Made by a program: the position numbers and the translations under genes. From NCBI GenBank assembly GCA_964019425.1, contig OZ025780.1, forward strand, positions 248,001-312,000: a DNA stretch of 64,000 nt. The letters run 5' to 3'. Origin of the DNA: Flectonema sp. DT1601 (taxonomy: Eukaryota). The stretch's first letter is position 1. Each line of letters begins with the position of its first letter. The notes beneath the pieces are model-generated. The model had not been told where the DNA came from. It searched no databases and saw nothing but the letters and a program-made list of their open reading frames with translations. Shown piece by piece: positions 10,585 to 22,380 of the stretch.

Positions 10585-12060
10585 ATGAATAGAATACAAT
10601 CTTTTAAGGATGCTCTCAGGAGATGTAGTGAAAGAGAACGTGATCCTATTGAAGAAGAAGAAAGGATAAAACAAGATGCTAAGGAACATGAGCAGTTTAA
10701 GTTAGATTTAGACAAGGTTGGGGGATACGACACGATCCCGCAGATATGTTTTGTTGAAAAAGAAAATGATGTTGGGAAGAGATGGAAAACAATAGCACTA
10801 CTACTTCATGAACGAGAACGTTGTCACAGAACATGGGATGAGGATAGTTTATCTACTCTCTGGACTGGACTCTCTGATGAAGTTTTGAACCCTTCAATCG
10901 ACGGCATCACATTCCAACAATTCCAAAAAGTTGGAATCAAAGTTGTTAATCAAATCTACGACGATAACTCCACTGAAGACCAGATGGACGTCGATCTCAA
11001 GTCCCGCCTACTTGAAGCGAGAGGTACTCCTGTTCTGTCTGCATCTCACTTTTTGTTACTTTCGAGTAGGTTCGCTGATGATAAAGGAAAGATACCAATC
11101 AGAAATATATTCGATTTCTACAGACATTTAGCGTACATACTGCGAACTGAGTCTGAAGTGCTTCACTACAGCTGCGGTAGAAACTTTTTAACAGAAGAAA
11201 ACCTCGAAGAGTACATCACTTCACTACTGTTGGGCGACGTTCAAGTATTCAAGCAGATACCTGAGGAGAGAATTCCTTATGACAGTTGTGTGTTGGCGAA
11301 GAGGATTCTACATCAGTTGAATTCAACGAAGAGAAGAAGGGTTCGTGTTGATGAGTTTTTAAATTCAAAAATACTACGAGACCTCATCCAAGTTCAACTA
11401 TCTAATGAGTGTGACAGTCAGTGGTTAGAAGAACAGGAAGTAATCTACAACAGATACTTAAATTGGATGGATGAAACACTTGCGATCATCACACCGCAAT
11501 GTCTTAAAGATATCTCTCTTTATAATGACCTCTTCGTCGATAGATCATTCGAAGTCTTCGGTGTCAGTTCTTTCACTTATACGAATTTTGTTATATTTCA
11601 ATTGGCGTGTGAAGACTTGAATTCTGATAATTCTTTTTCATTTTTATGGAAAGTTTTGGATTTGCATTGCAACGGTGAGGTGACTCCGATGGTAGTACAG
11701 GCTTTCTTAAAACACTCTCCGTCATTGAATGCTTGTATTGTTCGAGTAAAACAATCAACTAATGAGGAAGGGTCAGCTAATGATGAAGGGTCAACTAGTG
11801 AGGAAGGGTCAACCAATAAGGAAGGATCACTTATTGAAAATGTTGTTTTAGAAATATTTGATATTATAAATCCGGTTCAACCTCTTTGCATTCGTCAAAG
11901 TGACCTCCGAAGTTGTGGTCTTCGAGAGACAATATTTCGTATTCTATTCATGTCTGTTGGGTTTGAGCTTCATGAAATGAAAAGCATCAATCCTGATAAG
12001 TTCGTAGATCATCCAAAACCAAAACCACCAAAAAGATTTAACGTCCCTGACTTTCGATGA
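10585..12060 (+). CDS. PP2A regulatory subunit B''-gamma-like EF-hand protein
   Basis: FLTEENLEEYI, FLWKVLDLHCNGEV (EF-hand-like) and EIFDIINP....I...DL..CG resemble the PPP2R3C/TON2 family; divergent. Confidence 0.65.
   Translation: MNRIQSFKDALRRCSERERDPIEEEERIKQDAKEHEQFKLDLDKVGGYDTIPQICFVEKENDVGKRWKTIALLLHERERCHRTWDEDSLSTLWTGLSDEVLNPSIDGITFQQFQKVGIKVVNQIYDDNSTEDQMDVDLKSRLLEARGTPVLSASHFLLLSSRFADDKGKIPIRNIFDFYRHLAYILRTESEVLHYSCGRNFLTEENLEEYITSLLLGDVQVFKQIPEERIPYDSCVLAKRILHQLNSTKRRRVRVDEFLNSKILRDLIQVQLSNECDSQWLEEQEVIYNRYLNWMDETLAIITPQCLKDISLYNDLFVDRSFEVFGVSSFTYTNFVIFQLACEDLNSDNSFSFLWKVLDLHCNGEVTPMVVQAFLKHSPSLNACIVRVKQSTNEEGSANDEGSTSEEGSTNKEGSLIENVVLEIFDIINPVQPLCIRQSDLRSCGLRETIFRILFMSVGFELHEMKSINPDKFVDHPKPKPPKRFNVPDFR
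11755..11826 (+). repeat. 4 x 18-bp in-frame tandem repeat (STNEEG-like)
   Basis: tcaactaatgaggaaggg / tcagctaatgatgaaggg / tcaactagtgaggaaggg / tcaaccaataaggaagga. Confidence 0.9.
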
Positions 12061-12373
12061 GGGGAATTTTCTCTTTTTTTTTTTTAAATCAGTGATTAAC
12101 ACTTCTATCCCCCCCCATCGTTCCCTATTTTAGATAAGACCCGCCCAATATAATTCTGATGATTATTTTGAGCTTTCGAAAAAAAGTGGGACTGTATTCT
12201 GTTTTTTTTTTCTCTCGACAGGTCATCCCTTCGGGGGGGGGGAATGCTGTTTCAATGACAACGTTTCCGTGTCAACAGTCAGACACTGATGGTATCTAAA
12301 AAAATTATTATTGTAATCTTGCTTTTATTAATCACAACATCACTTTTTAACAAATAAAAGCTACTACACTATA

Positions 12374-13311
12374 ATGTACGTAGGAGCATGGCAGGAATAC
12401 AAACTTGCGAGAGTTATACAACTTCATAAAACAGATGATCAGAAACGACCAGGAAGTAGATCAAGTTCTCGGGTATGTTTTTAAACTTTATTTAGTAATA
12501 AGAAATAGTTGTAATGATAATAATAAATAACTTCCTCCAGATTTCGAGTGGTTCTGTTGTAACTGCCCCTCACAACAGATCTTTAAGCTCTCACTTAACT
12601 GCAACTACTCGATCAGCTGTTACGGATGTCGATGATTGGAGAAGACGACGGCGTCCCAGACCTAAGATGGGAAGAAGTAGTAAAAGAGCGACGTCTTTGG
12701 GACCAAAGAAATCTGGTGCGGGAGGAGATGACAGAAGGAAACACATTAATAAAATGATGCAACTTTACACCGGACAAGTTCATAGTTCACCGAAATCTAA
12801 TCCATCTTGTCCTCACTGTGAGACACCAGATACAAAGTATTGTAGTGGAACAGGTAGACAACACGATGAACAGACTACTCCAATGGCGTCTTCTCATCCA
12901 AATCCAGACACCCCGGCTAGGAGTCCAACTCTGAGCTCGTCTGCGATTGCTGTGTTGATGAGAGCGAGGGAGAGAGATGCTGTTCGAAAACCACCTAATC
13001 TCAGTGAGAGAGTGTCTCAGGTTCCAGTTCGTTTGAATGCGAATGAAGTATTAGTGACCTCACCAAACCCAATTATGAAATCTGGTGATGTGCTATCTCC
13101 CTGTGGATCTTCACATTTATCACCCAGTACAGCACCTCGACGACAACCTTCTCAACGTAGTTATAGGGATGATGATGAAGTCATTCTTAGAGTCTCTCAA
13201 TCTCTTAAAGCTGCCAGACGTTCTCTCAGCTCTCCGATTTCAACGTCGTCAATGCCTCCAGAATCTGAGGTAAACGCTTTACTGAAATGGACTGATCAAT
13301 TACAGCCTTAA
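12374..13311 (+). CDS. Hypothetical Ser/Arg/Pro-rich protein, 2 exons (12374-12472, 12541-13311)
   Basis: ATG 12374 MYVGAWQEYKLAR...; phase-0 intron GTATGT...CTCCAG (12473-12540) joins in frame to the 12514 ORF. Confidence 0.7.
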
Positions 13312-14129
13312 ACATGTTAAGAAGGTAATCAAAAGTCGGGATATCAATTTCTATTGAATATCAGTGACCTCCTTGTTTTTTTTAGTAATCTCCTTGTTTT
13401 TGATGACTGTTGATGGACACATCAGAATTGGCTCTCTCGCTGAGTTAAGTAGTAATCATTAGGTAGAGCCTACTGTCTACTGTATTGTATTATATCGTGG
13501 TTTTGGTTTCTCAAGACTCACGACTAATTTAAGTAATTGGACGCAGATAAGTTAGAAATAGAAGCGCTGCTACTGCAGATATTTATTTCTTCAAAGATGT
13601 ATTTAACACATCTCAGCCTCCCCCGCCTGTTATATTTGCTTTTTTTTTTTTTTTTTTTTTTGTTAAATTTTGTTTGTTTATGTTTCTGGTATTGAACGCT
13701 ATTTACTGTTTTTTTATTGTTGTTTTGCATTTTAGAATGCTGGAGGACTCTGAAACCCTTTTGTGATGGTCACAACGGAGGATTTCTTTTTCCGTTGCGT
13801 AGCTGAAGTTTCCCCCTAGCAATATTTTTAATAATAATTTTTTTTTTTTTTTTGTTCAGTTTTTATTCAAGAGAGTTCTTTCTTTATTAGGTCAGAAATA
13901 ATCCATTCAGGGTATTTGTGTATCGGAGTGTTTATAATAGTTTAGCATTGTGATAACTCATACTCCTCCTTTAGACAGAAAAAAACTTATGAAAAAAAAA
14001 AGTGACCAGATAACTCTCTTTTTTGATTTCATTGAGGGATGTGATACTAAGTAAATATATATTCATTTCCCCTCTCTCCACACAGAGTATATTGGTTAGA
14101 AGTTTAGAAAAAAAAAAAAAAAAAACACA

Positions 14130-14194
14130 ATGCCTCGCATGATAGAAGTGATACTAAATGACAGAATGGGACACAAGGTATGAAAAAACTTGTT

Positions 14195-14226
<32 letters not shown>

Positions 14227-14500
14227 TCGCTAAACACTACTCACACACAGGTTCGTGTAAAGTGCAACGAAGATGATACCGTCGGTGATCTGAAGAAGTT
14301 ATGCGCAGCACAGATTGGTACAAAACACGACAAACTCAGAGTACAAAAATCGTATGTTGATTAATTATTGTTTTTTTATATTCAATGAAAGACAAGTCAC
14401 ACACAAAATCCAACACAGATATCAAGTATTTAAAGATCATATTACATTAGGAGATTATGAGATAAAAGATGGGATGGGTTTGGAGCTTTACTACAACTAA
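14130..14500 (+). CDS. UBL5: Ubiquitin-like protein 5 / Hub1, 3 exons (14130-14177, 14251-14351, 14419-14500)
   Basis: Spliced product [76 protein letters not shown], with the Hub1 C-terminal YY-x. Both introns GTATG...CACAG. Confidence 0.95.
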
Positions 14501-14731
14501 AAGAGGATACGTCGTCCTCATCTGTTAAGCAACTTATATAAAAGCAGTTATGGAAAATAGTTCTATAATTCTGGTAGTCTGTGTGATGGTTTAATGTGCT
14601 GCGACCTCTCCGCAATTTCTTTTCTAACTTTAGAAGGGTGATGTCGTTTGTTGATTTTTTTGTTATTTTTTTTTATTTCAAAATATTTTTTTTTTTAAAA
14701 AAAAGTAAATCATTAAAAAAAAAAAAAAAAA

Positions 14732-15751
14732 ATGACCATCCCCTCAACAGTTGACTGGAGGGAAATCCTACCAGAAACAATGCAGTTAAAACACAAAGCA
14801 CTCGCACTGGATGATTATAAAGATTTCATAAAATGGATTGATACTGATGGGATGAGACTACCCGCACATTTAGAAAGAACTCAAGCAAGAGGTGCTAAAA
14901 CTGATTACACGACATATGATGGTGAAGACGACTGGCAAGGAGAAGATGAGGATGATGAAGTTGCTGACGACGGATTAGATTTATCGAAATTAATAACAAA
15001 ATTAGAAGACATATTCAACGAGTACGGAGAGGTATTCGCCATGTCTAATTCAATTGCTCCTCAAGACGCTGGGTGGTCAATCGCAAACGGTGAAGTTTTA
15101 CAATGTCAGACTCCAATAGAGGTAATCTCAATATTAAAATCCTCTTCTCTGACTACTACTGATTGGGATAATAGAAGGTCGTTAAACCTTCCTTGTCATA
15201 TGATTATTAGAAAATGGTACAACTTAGAACGATCACTCATATTCAGAGCCTATGTCTGTGATAGAAAACTTGTTGCAGTTTCACAAAAAATTCTGAGTGA
15301 ATTCCACCCATACCTTATTGACGTCAAGCTTGAAATCGCTAACGCATCTGAAACTCTTTACAATTGTATTGATGAGCGTCTGCGTGAGAGGCTTCCTGAA
15401 GATTATTCTTTTGATTTTTTTTTGACTAAGCCTGGATCAAAAACACAAAAGAGAACAGCAAAACTAATGGGATTTCATGACACTACTGAAAAACTTCTTT
15501 TTGATGAAGACGGTCTTCCGACAACAACCACCTCTGAAACATTACCAGAGGTTAGAGTGATAGAACAAACAGATGATGTAGTTGATTGCGGACCTGCTGC
15601 TTTTCTCAAAGCAGGTCTTCCGATTGAGTTACAGGACATGACTCAACTAGTAGCTGCAGCAGAGGCAGTTGACAACTCTCGTGGAGGAACTATTCAAGGA
15701 GATGTATCTGAAGTGATCAGGTTGATGCAACAGCAGACTGATGACAAATAA
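14732..15751 (+). CDS. CDC123: CDC123/D123 family protein (ATP-grasp, eIF2 assembly)
   Basis: NSIAPQDAGW...LQC...ILKSS and IRKWYNL..S.IFRAYV...LVAVSQ resemble the D123 motifs NWSAPRDA.W and LRKW...EFRCFV. Confidence 0.75.
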   Translation: MTIPSTVDWREILPETMQLKHKALALDDYKDFIKWIDTDGMRLPAHLERTQARGAKTDYTTYDGEDDWQGEDEDDEVADDGLDLSKLITKLEDIFNEYGEVFAMSNSIAPQDAGWSIANGEVLQCQTPIEVISILKSSSLTTTDWDNRRSLNLPCHMIIRKWYNLERSLIFRAYVCDRKLVAVSQKILSEFHPYLIDVKLEIANASETLYNCIDERLRERLPEDYSFDFFLTKPGSKTQKRTAKLMGFHDTTEKLLFDEDGLPTTTTSETLPEVRVIEQTDDVVDCGPAAFLKAGLPIELQDMTQLVAAAEAVDNSRGGTIQGDVSEVIRLMQQQTDDK

Positions 15752-15899
15752 TTATGTGAAGACTGTCGGGCTCTTCTCATCGGGAGAAACTCTTTCCTCT
15801 CCTCACCCAACGCTATCACGCTTGTTTTTTTTTTTTTTTTTTCAAATAAAACTCTGCAAACAGAAACTATAACTAATTCCCCAACCAGAACATAATATT

Positions 15900-18167
15900 A
15901 TGTATGTAGGTTGGTTGTTAATATCAGTCACCTATTTTGTCATCACAGATGGAGCGTCTGTTGTTGTTTGGGGTTCTGACAAGTCTGATGATAACTTTCC
16001 TATCGAGAAGTTACAACACGTGAAGAGAATTATTAGCGGAACAAACTCCTTCGTAGCATTCACTAACAGCGGTGTAGTGTCGTGGGGAACAGACGCGACT
16101 GATGTCTCAACTGTTGAAGAACAACTTATGAAAGAAGACATTGTAAAAATATCCAACGTCAATAATGGATTTTGCGCCCTTCAAGAAAGCGGCAGAGTAG
16201 TATCCTGGGGGAATCCAGTAACAGGTATTCCTGTTGTAAGTTCTGGTGTAAATAATATTTACAACAATAAGATAGCTTATGCATTTTTAAAGTCTGACGG
16301 TACAGTTGTCAATTGGTCAGTCAGATCTCTAAATATAACAACAGTGAGTTCTTTATTACATCACGTTGATGATATCTTTTCGTCGTATTATTCGTTTGCG
16401 GCGCTGACATCAAACGGATCGATTATCAGTTGGGGAGAATCTGTTAATGTTGAAGCAGACAGCAGTACTGTTTCTGATAGACTTCAAAACATTATTCACG
16501 TTGAGGGAAATATCTGTGCCTTTGCAGCCATAACGAGAGAGGGTGATGTTGTGACTTGGGGAGGAGCTCGTTGTGGTGGTGATTCGTCTACTGTACAGCG
16601 AGTGTTGAAGAACGTGACCTCAATAGTGAAATCTCGAACAGCATTCGCAGCGACGACAGTTTTTGGACGCGTCGTCACGTGGGGTTCATATCACTGTGGT
16701 GGATCTCTCCCTCGAAATCTACTACGAAATCCCCTCCAAATCGTCAGCGCAGGATGCTCGTTTGTTGCAATTACTAAAAACCACAGCGTGGTGTCATGGG
16801 GAACCCCAATTGATATAAATAACGTTAAAACCTTATTAAAGAATGTAGTTAGTCTTTACACTACTGTTGTATCAATTGCTGCCGTCACTTCAAATAATCA
16901 AATCATATCATGGAATACCCTCAGTGGAGATGTGAGCCAACCTGACTTACTAAATTATAATAAAATACTATCGATTGTGAGTACGAAGGTGTCGTTTGCG
17001 GCTTTGGTTGAGTCTGACCAGATTAATGATCAACAACCTAAAAAAGAATTAATTATTATTGGAATCGTGGTGTGCGTCTTAGTGGGTATTGTTTTATGTT
17101 ATGTTGGAATACGAAGAAAGAGATCAAAGCAAACGATTGCAGACACAGAATCGCTGAGATCAGCCCAACCCATGAGAGAGATTATCGCACCTGTTGAAGA
17201 AACCATCTTCAACACTCTTTTGTGTGATGAACCAGATATCACTCATCTCAACGGCTATCCTGAAAGTGGTGAACAACAACTTTCTTGTGATGACTTGCAT
17301 AATGAATATCCAAAGCATCGTTTATCTGAGTTCCACCAAACTGGAATAACACAAAACCGAATTGAATACTCTGCGATTCACATACCTACTGGTAAGACTG
17401 TGGCAGTTAGGGAAACAAATAAATCACTGAACTCTGAATTTATGAATGACCTCGATATCTTAAGTGGTCTACATCACAATGATCTTATTAAGCTTCATGG
17501 ATGGTTTCGAAGAGGGAGCGTTATCTACTTTGTTACTCCGCTTTATGAGTGTTTGGATACTTTTATAAAGCAGTCACCTCCAAGTGACAGGGCTTTATTT
17601 TCACTAAAGATGGTGTCAATCGCCAGAGCGCTATCTCACATCCACAGCTTGGGGATCTCACATATGAATATATACATTGGAAGCATCTTTATCCGCAATG
17701 GAAGTTTTATTTTGGGAGGCATCGACATGGTCGCTGCAGCCGGATCGACAGTTTCAAAGAAGACGCGAGTTGAGATATGTCCTCCTGAAGAAATTCAAAA
17801 CTCAGAACTCATTGCTTCAATGTCTCACGACATATGGAATTTTGGATGTGTTGTGTATGAAATAATAACTGGCATGGAACCCTCCTCAGACATTGGTATT
17901 GCTGATGATGAAAAATCTCAATTAATTCCGTCTGGTGTTCTTCCATCACGACCAACAGACATGTCGGAATTGGGATTGTTGGTTTGGACAAATATTATTG
18001 AAAAGTGTTGGAGGGACGCTATCCACAGAATTACAGCTCAGTCTGTAGTAAGCTGCTTGTGTGAAATAGAAATACGACGACAACCTGACTCTACTCAGAC
18101 TCAGACGACTGGTGATATCCAACGCGATGATAATTATATCGTTATGTATGACCCTGGTTATGATTAG
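15900..18167 (+). CDS. Receptor-like pseudokinase with RCC1-like repeats; paralog of 2276-4648
   Basis: Same architecture: signal peptide, VVTWGG..CGGDSSTV repeats, TM LIIIGIVVCVLVGIVLCYVGI, kinase remnant VAVR / HMNIYIGS / PPE / HDIWNFG. Shares PPS.RA.FSLKM.SIAR with the paralog. Confidence 0.8.
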   Translation: MYVGWLLISVTYFVITDGASVVVWGSDKSDDNFPIEKLQHVKRIISGTNSFVAFTNSGVVSWGTDATDVSTVEEQLMKEDIVKISNVNNGFCALQESGRVVSWGNPVTGIPVVSSGVNNIYNNKIAYAFLKSDGTVVNWSVRSLNITTVSSLLHHVDDIFSSYYSFAALTSNGSIISWGESVNVEADSSTVSDRLQNIIHVEGNICAFAAITREGDVVTWGGARCGGDSSTVQRVLKNVTSIVKSRTAFAATTVFGRVVTWGSYHCGGSLPRNLLRNPLQIVSAGCSFVAITKNHSVVSWGTPIDINNVKTLLKNVVSLYTTVVSIAAVTSNNQIISWNTLSGDVSQPDLLNYNKILSIVSTKVSFAALVESDQINDQQPKKELIIIGIVVCVLVGIVLCYVGIRRKRSKQTIADTESLRSAQPMREIIAPVEETIFNTLLCDEPDITHLNGYPESGEQQLSCDDLHNEYPKHRLSEFHQTGITQNRIEYSAIHIPTGKTVAVRETNKSLNSEFMNDLDILSGLHHNDLIKLHGWFRRGSVIYFVTPLYECLDTFIKQSPPSDRALFSLKMVSIARALSHIHSLGISHMNIYIGSIFIRNGSFILGGIDMVAAAGSTVSKKTRVEICPPEEIQNSELIASMSHDIWNFGCVVYEIITGMEPSSDIGIADDEKSQLIPSGVLPSRPTDMSELGLLVWTNIIEKCWRDAIHRITAQSVVSCLCEIEIRRQPDSTQTQTTGDIQRDDNYIVMYDPGYD

Positions 18168-19162
18168 ACATGTTCTTTTTATTTTTTACACTTCAAAATA
18201 TATCAACTAAACTCTGAGTGATACAAAAGAGAATCATAAGTCTCACTCACTGTTGATCAAATCATAAGAAGTAAAGTGAAAAGAAAAAAAAGTTCCCTCA
18301 TAAATACGGAAACTCTATTCCGTATTCTGAAGGACACCACGAGTGACTCATACTCGGCAACATTTGTGTGAGTTCACACAAAATGTTTTTTCTGTTTCTG
18401 AAAATCGCATTTGAAGGTGTTTTGCGATGTTACCTCTCTTTTTCCTTTTCCTCTTCTTTCCTGTTTTTTTTTTTTGTCAATTCAGAATTCTACTTTCTCA
18501 CTCAGAATTTTGAACCGAAGCTGGCGGTTGAGTGGTGCTTTGCGTCCTCATATCTTCTCTCTCTTTAGATCGTATTTTATACTTCGGAAACACTTCAGCA
18601 TTCTATTTCTCACTTGGAATTCTGAAGTAGGTCCTGTTTTCCCTCTATTTTTTTTTTCTGTTATATTTTTTTTCTGGCAGGGTAGTTTGAGACTTCAGCT
18701 GAGTATTGTTCAACCGAATCTCTCTCTCTCTCTGTCCTCTAATTGATAACTTCGACTCTGGGTTATAGTTCGTTGAAAAGATGGATTTTTTTTAATTTTT
18801 TTTTTTTTTTGTAGCCTGAAAACTCCCGCTATGAACTCTTTTGATCAATCTCAAAAAAACAATGTAAAAACTCGTTTCATTTTTTTTTTTTTTTTTTTTT
18901 GCATTTAACAAGTATTGTAAGAACGAAAAAGAATGTTGGGCAGCACACGTAAACCTCCTTTAGCTTTTTCAGTTTAAGTCGGTTCACGGTTTCGTGCACA
19001 AACAATTTTTTTTTTTTTTTCGTTTCACGCAAACAAGAAGTGTGATACCTTTCCTCTCTCTTTGGGAGAGATCAGTTAGCGCAATGCTTGTTACTTAATA
19101 ATAATAATAATAATCCTTGTTAAATGTTATTTCTTTTCTAAGGAAATCATCAAATAGGATGA

Positions 19163-20806
19163 ATGTCTACTAAAATAGTGTCATCTCGTATTCCCCAAAC
19201 CCGAAGAGATGCCATTGCAGAACTCACAAAGTACACCAGTAGACTACGAGAAGGACACATAATACCTCCTCCGAAAAAAGATTCAGTCGCGAACACGGAT
19301 TTCAACCTCTCGTTCTTATTGAGAAGAGAGTTTTCATGGAAGAATCCAAAATGGATCCCATATACTAAAGCAGAGGGTAGACTACCTGTTGGTAGTCTTT
19401 ATATGTTAATAAATCAAGGTTGGAAAGTTGGTGTCATGTGTTGGGTTGTCGTTATTCAGATTTACACAAACCTTGGAAGAGTTAGTCTGGCTGAGGACGC
19501 CTATCGAAGCATCAGAAATGACACAGCCAATGAGACAGGAACGTCACCAACGAGCAGTAAGTACAACCACAGACTAATATTAGATGCTATGCTTTGGTTA
19601 TACGCGTATACATCAAATGCAATGAAATTTAAACAAACTTGGCAATACATGGTTTCACTTGAAATGGATTTCTGTGGAAGTTGCTATGCCGCAGCCGCAA
19701 CTCTATTCCAAAAATGTGGTCTTGAAAATCAAACAAAAAACATATTGAGATACTGCATTGCGAATGAAGTTACTATTTTAGGAAAAATGTTTGTACCTTT
19801 TTTTTCGATGGTTAGGTCGGGAGATGATGTTCGAAAGACTTGCTTGATGTACACTGGACTAGTGAAACAATCACTAGGAAATGATCACATATCAGCGGTA
19901 CTTCTATCAATTACAAAAGGAGTAGTTGATCGCGAGTGGAATTCAAATTCTGAATCTGACTTAAAAGATGGAATCGAATCCGTAATATCTGTTCTGTTAG
20001 ATCATACTTCCGAAGTAATGGTTCGCTCAGTTGAGTTATGGATTGATTCATTCCAAGTCTGCGCCGGTAATAAGGACGCTTTTAATGTTCTATTTGACTT
20101 ACTAAAATCAAACCACCAAACCGACATCGACACTGAGGACATCTCAGCATGGCACAACATACTACGAGCATGTGTTAAAGCTAATTGTATTCCAACAGCA
20201 GAGACAAGCTTCTCTCAGATAGCAACTCCGGGTCCGTCTGCTTATTCAGATTTAATTGGTTTGTATGTTAATAATAAAATATTTGGAAAAATAACACAAC
20301 TTTGGAAAAGTATGTCAGTGGAACCAAACAGACTCTGCTATTCATTATATATTCAAGCATGTGGTGATAAGTGTAGCAGTCCGAGTGATTTATATCTCAG
20401 ATTGGGTGAGTTGCTTTTCGAACAAGCGACTGACAGAGATCTTCCATCAGGAGATCTGTTCATGTTCGCAATGATGATGAGACTCTACGTTAAGGCTGGT
20501 GATGCTCGAAAGGCTCGTCTTCTTGAAAGACTGAGAGTTAGTACTGGAACACCAAAGGGGAAATTATACCGAACATTCTTTAGAGAGGTCTCTCCAGGAC
20601 CTACTCCTTCTTCTCAGTTTGTTTGGTTACCTCTTTCTGATGAAAAGGAACCCTCTGATGAAGAGATGAAACAGTCTGAGGAGTCGCAAGATGATGAACT
20701 CCCCGACGATTCTGATGACCTTCTAACGAGTGAGATCATGTTGAGGAGAGCGCGGATACGAAAGTTAGCCTGGTCAAGTTCTCAAGGAAGTCATTCTTCT
20801 GATTGA
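19163..20806 (+). CDS. Pentatricopeptide-repeat (PPR)-like protein
   Basis: Helical repeats such as DISAWHNILRACVKAN...AE..F, PGPSAYSDLIGLY, PNRLCYSLYIQAC and FAMMMRLYVKAGD...AR. Confidence 0.65.
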   Translation: MSTKIVSSRIPQTRRDAIAELTKYTSRLREGHIIPPPKKDSVANTDFNLSFLLRREFSWKNPKWIPYTKAEGRLPVGSLYMLINQGWKVGVMCWVVVIQIYTNLGRVSLAEDAYRSIRNDTANETGTSPTSSKYNHRLILDAMLWLYAYTSNAMKFKQTWQYMVSLEMDFCGSCYAAAATLFQKCGLENQTKNILRYCIANEVTILGKMFVPFFSMVRSGDDVRKTCLMYTGLVKQSLGNDHISAVLLSITKGVVDREWNSNSESDLKDGIESVISVLLDHTSEVMVRSVELWIDSFQVCAGNKDAFNVLFDLLKSNHQTDIDTEDISAWHNILRACVKANCIPTAETSFSQIATPGPSAYSDLIGLYVNNKIFGKITQLWKSMSVEPNRLCYSLYIQACGDKCSSPSDLYLRLGELLFEQATDRDLPSGDLFMFAMMMRLYVKAGDARKARLLERLRVSTGTPKGKLYRTFFREVSPGPTPSSQFVWLPLSDEKEPSDEEMKQSEESQDDELPDDSDDLLTSEIMLRRARIRKLAWSSSQGSHSSD

Positions 20807-21004
20807 GTTGTTAACAACTCAATCATGTCAGCATTTTGATGCGTTTTATTTCTGTCGTATTATTTTCAAATATATTTTACTTTCTTCGAACAGGATTATC
20901 ACACAGAGCTCCGACGAATTTTTTTTTTTTTTTTTTTGAATTTTAGAAACATCAAATAAATTTACTTAAAATTACTAATAAATTAATTTATCCCTTCAGA
21001 GAAG

Positions 21005-22144
21005 ATGAATGGAGTGGGGGCCTCAGACATCTTCGGCTTCCAACTCTCACAGAGAGAGTTGGAAATCACACCGTCGCGAAGAGATGGAATCGACGCTGAA
21101 ACGGAACGGGAACAACGATCGGTTGGATGTGAAATGATACTTGACACTGGTATCCTCGTACAGCTACCAATGGTCTGCATGGCTAGAGCACAAGTTTTAT
21201 TCCATAGATTCTATTATATAAACTCACTAAAAGATTGCGACGTACCAGCTGTCGCCGCAGTGATGTTATTCCTTTCAGCAAAACTTGAGGAATGTCATCA
21301 AAAAATGAGAGTCATTCTAATTGCATTTCAAAGGATTTGTATGAGACGATCAGGTATTCAAGATGCTAGCGCGAAGCTACCAGTGATCGACATCGGTTCT
21401 CAGACATATTTTGCTGTCAAAAGTGTGTTTGTGTCTATTGAGCATAATATATTAACGTCGCTCGGATTCTTAATGTTCGTTGAACATCCGTACAAATACG
21501 TTGTTATCATAACAAGAATCATAGCAGAGCGTGAACCTCAGGAAACTAAACTTGCTGTCGCACAACACTCTTGGTCCCTCATTAACGACTCTTTAAGAAC
21601 GACTCTCTGCTGTAGGTTTCCAGATAACGTTGTAGCAGTCTCAGCAGTGTTTCTCTCTATTAGAAAACACTTAATAAAAGTACCAACTCATTGGTGGAAA
21701 TTATTTGATACAGCAACGGCTGACCTACTTGAATGCTGCAAAACTCTTGCAGAAAAACCAACAAAACGGTGTCGTTACAAACGACTAGTTCACCCGGAAG
21801 GCATGATGCTGCCTGCTGAATACTTCGATTTTAAAGATGAACCTGACTTTTCTCCAATTCGACCTTATGAACCTGAGCCAGTTCACCCGCCAACACCAAC
21901 AGTCTCAGACAACAAGGATAAAAAAGATAAGAAAGATAAAAAAGACAAGAAAGATAAAAAGGAAAGGAAGGATAAAAAAAGAGATGACAGGGATCGTCGG
22001 CGACGAGCAAGCAGCAGCCCTGATCGACAGAGAAGACGGGGACGGGATCGGTATGACAGACGCGACAGAAGTTGGAGTCGTGATCGCTACCGTGAACGAG
22101 ACAGAAGAGATAGAGACAGAGATAGAGATAGATATCGGAGATGA
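21005..22144 (+). CDS. Cyclin L-like protein with C-terminal RS/RD-rich tail
   Basis: TPSRRDGIDAETE..QR..GCE.I...GIL.QLP....A.AQVLFHRFYY, VEHPYKY and W...NDSLRT, then KDK repeats and an RD/RS tail. Confidence 0.88.
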   Translation: MNGVGASDIFGFQLSQRELEITPSRRDGIDAETEREQRSVGCEMILDTGILVQLPMVCMARAQVLFHRFYYINSLKDCDVPAVAAVMLFLSAKLEECHQKMRVILIAFQRICMRRSGIQDASAKLPVIDIGSQTYFAVKSVFVSIEHNILTSLGFLMFVEHPYKYVVIITRIIAEREPQETKLAVAQHSWSLINDSLRTTLCCRFPDNVVAVSAVFLSIRKHLIKVPTHWWKLFDTATADLLECCKTLAEKPTKRCRYKRLVHPEGMMLPAEYFDFKDEPDFSPIRPYEPEPVHPPTPTVSDNKDKKDKKDKKDKKDKKERKDKKRDDRDRRRRASSSPDRQRRRGRDRYDRRDRSWSRDRYRERDRRDRDRDRDRYRR

Positions 22145-22380
22145 TATGCTGCAGTATCACGTGTTCCGATCAACTCTAAAAGTTTCAACAGTGAGGCTTG
22201 AACTTAACATACTTTGGGCATCAAGTCAAAAAAAAAAAAAAACCATGCCAAAAAAAATATTACTTTTTGCCATCAATTCTTTGCAGTACTCGCTGCTATG
22301 CGTAACGAAGTGATTTGACTGCTGTGTTTGTAACAAATTATAATTATCTAAGCAAGCATCACAACCCCCCCCAAAACAAA

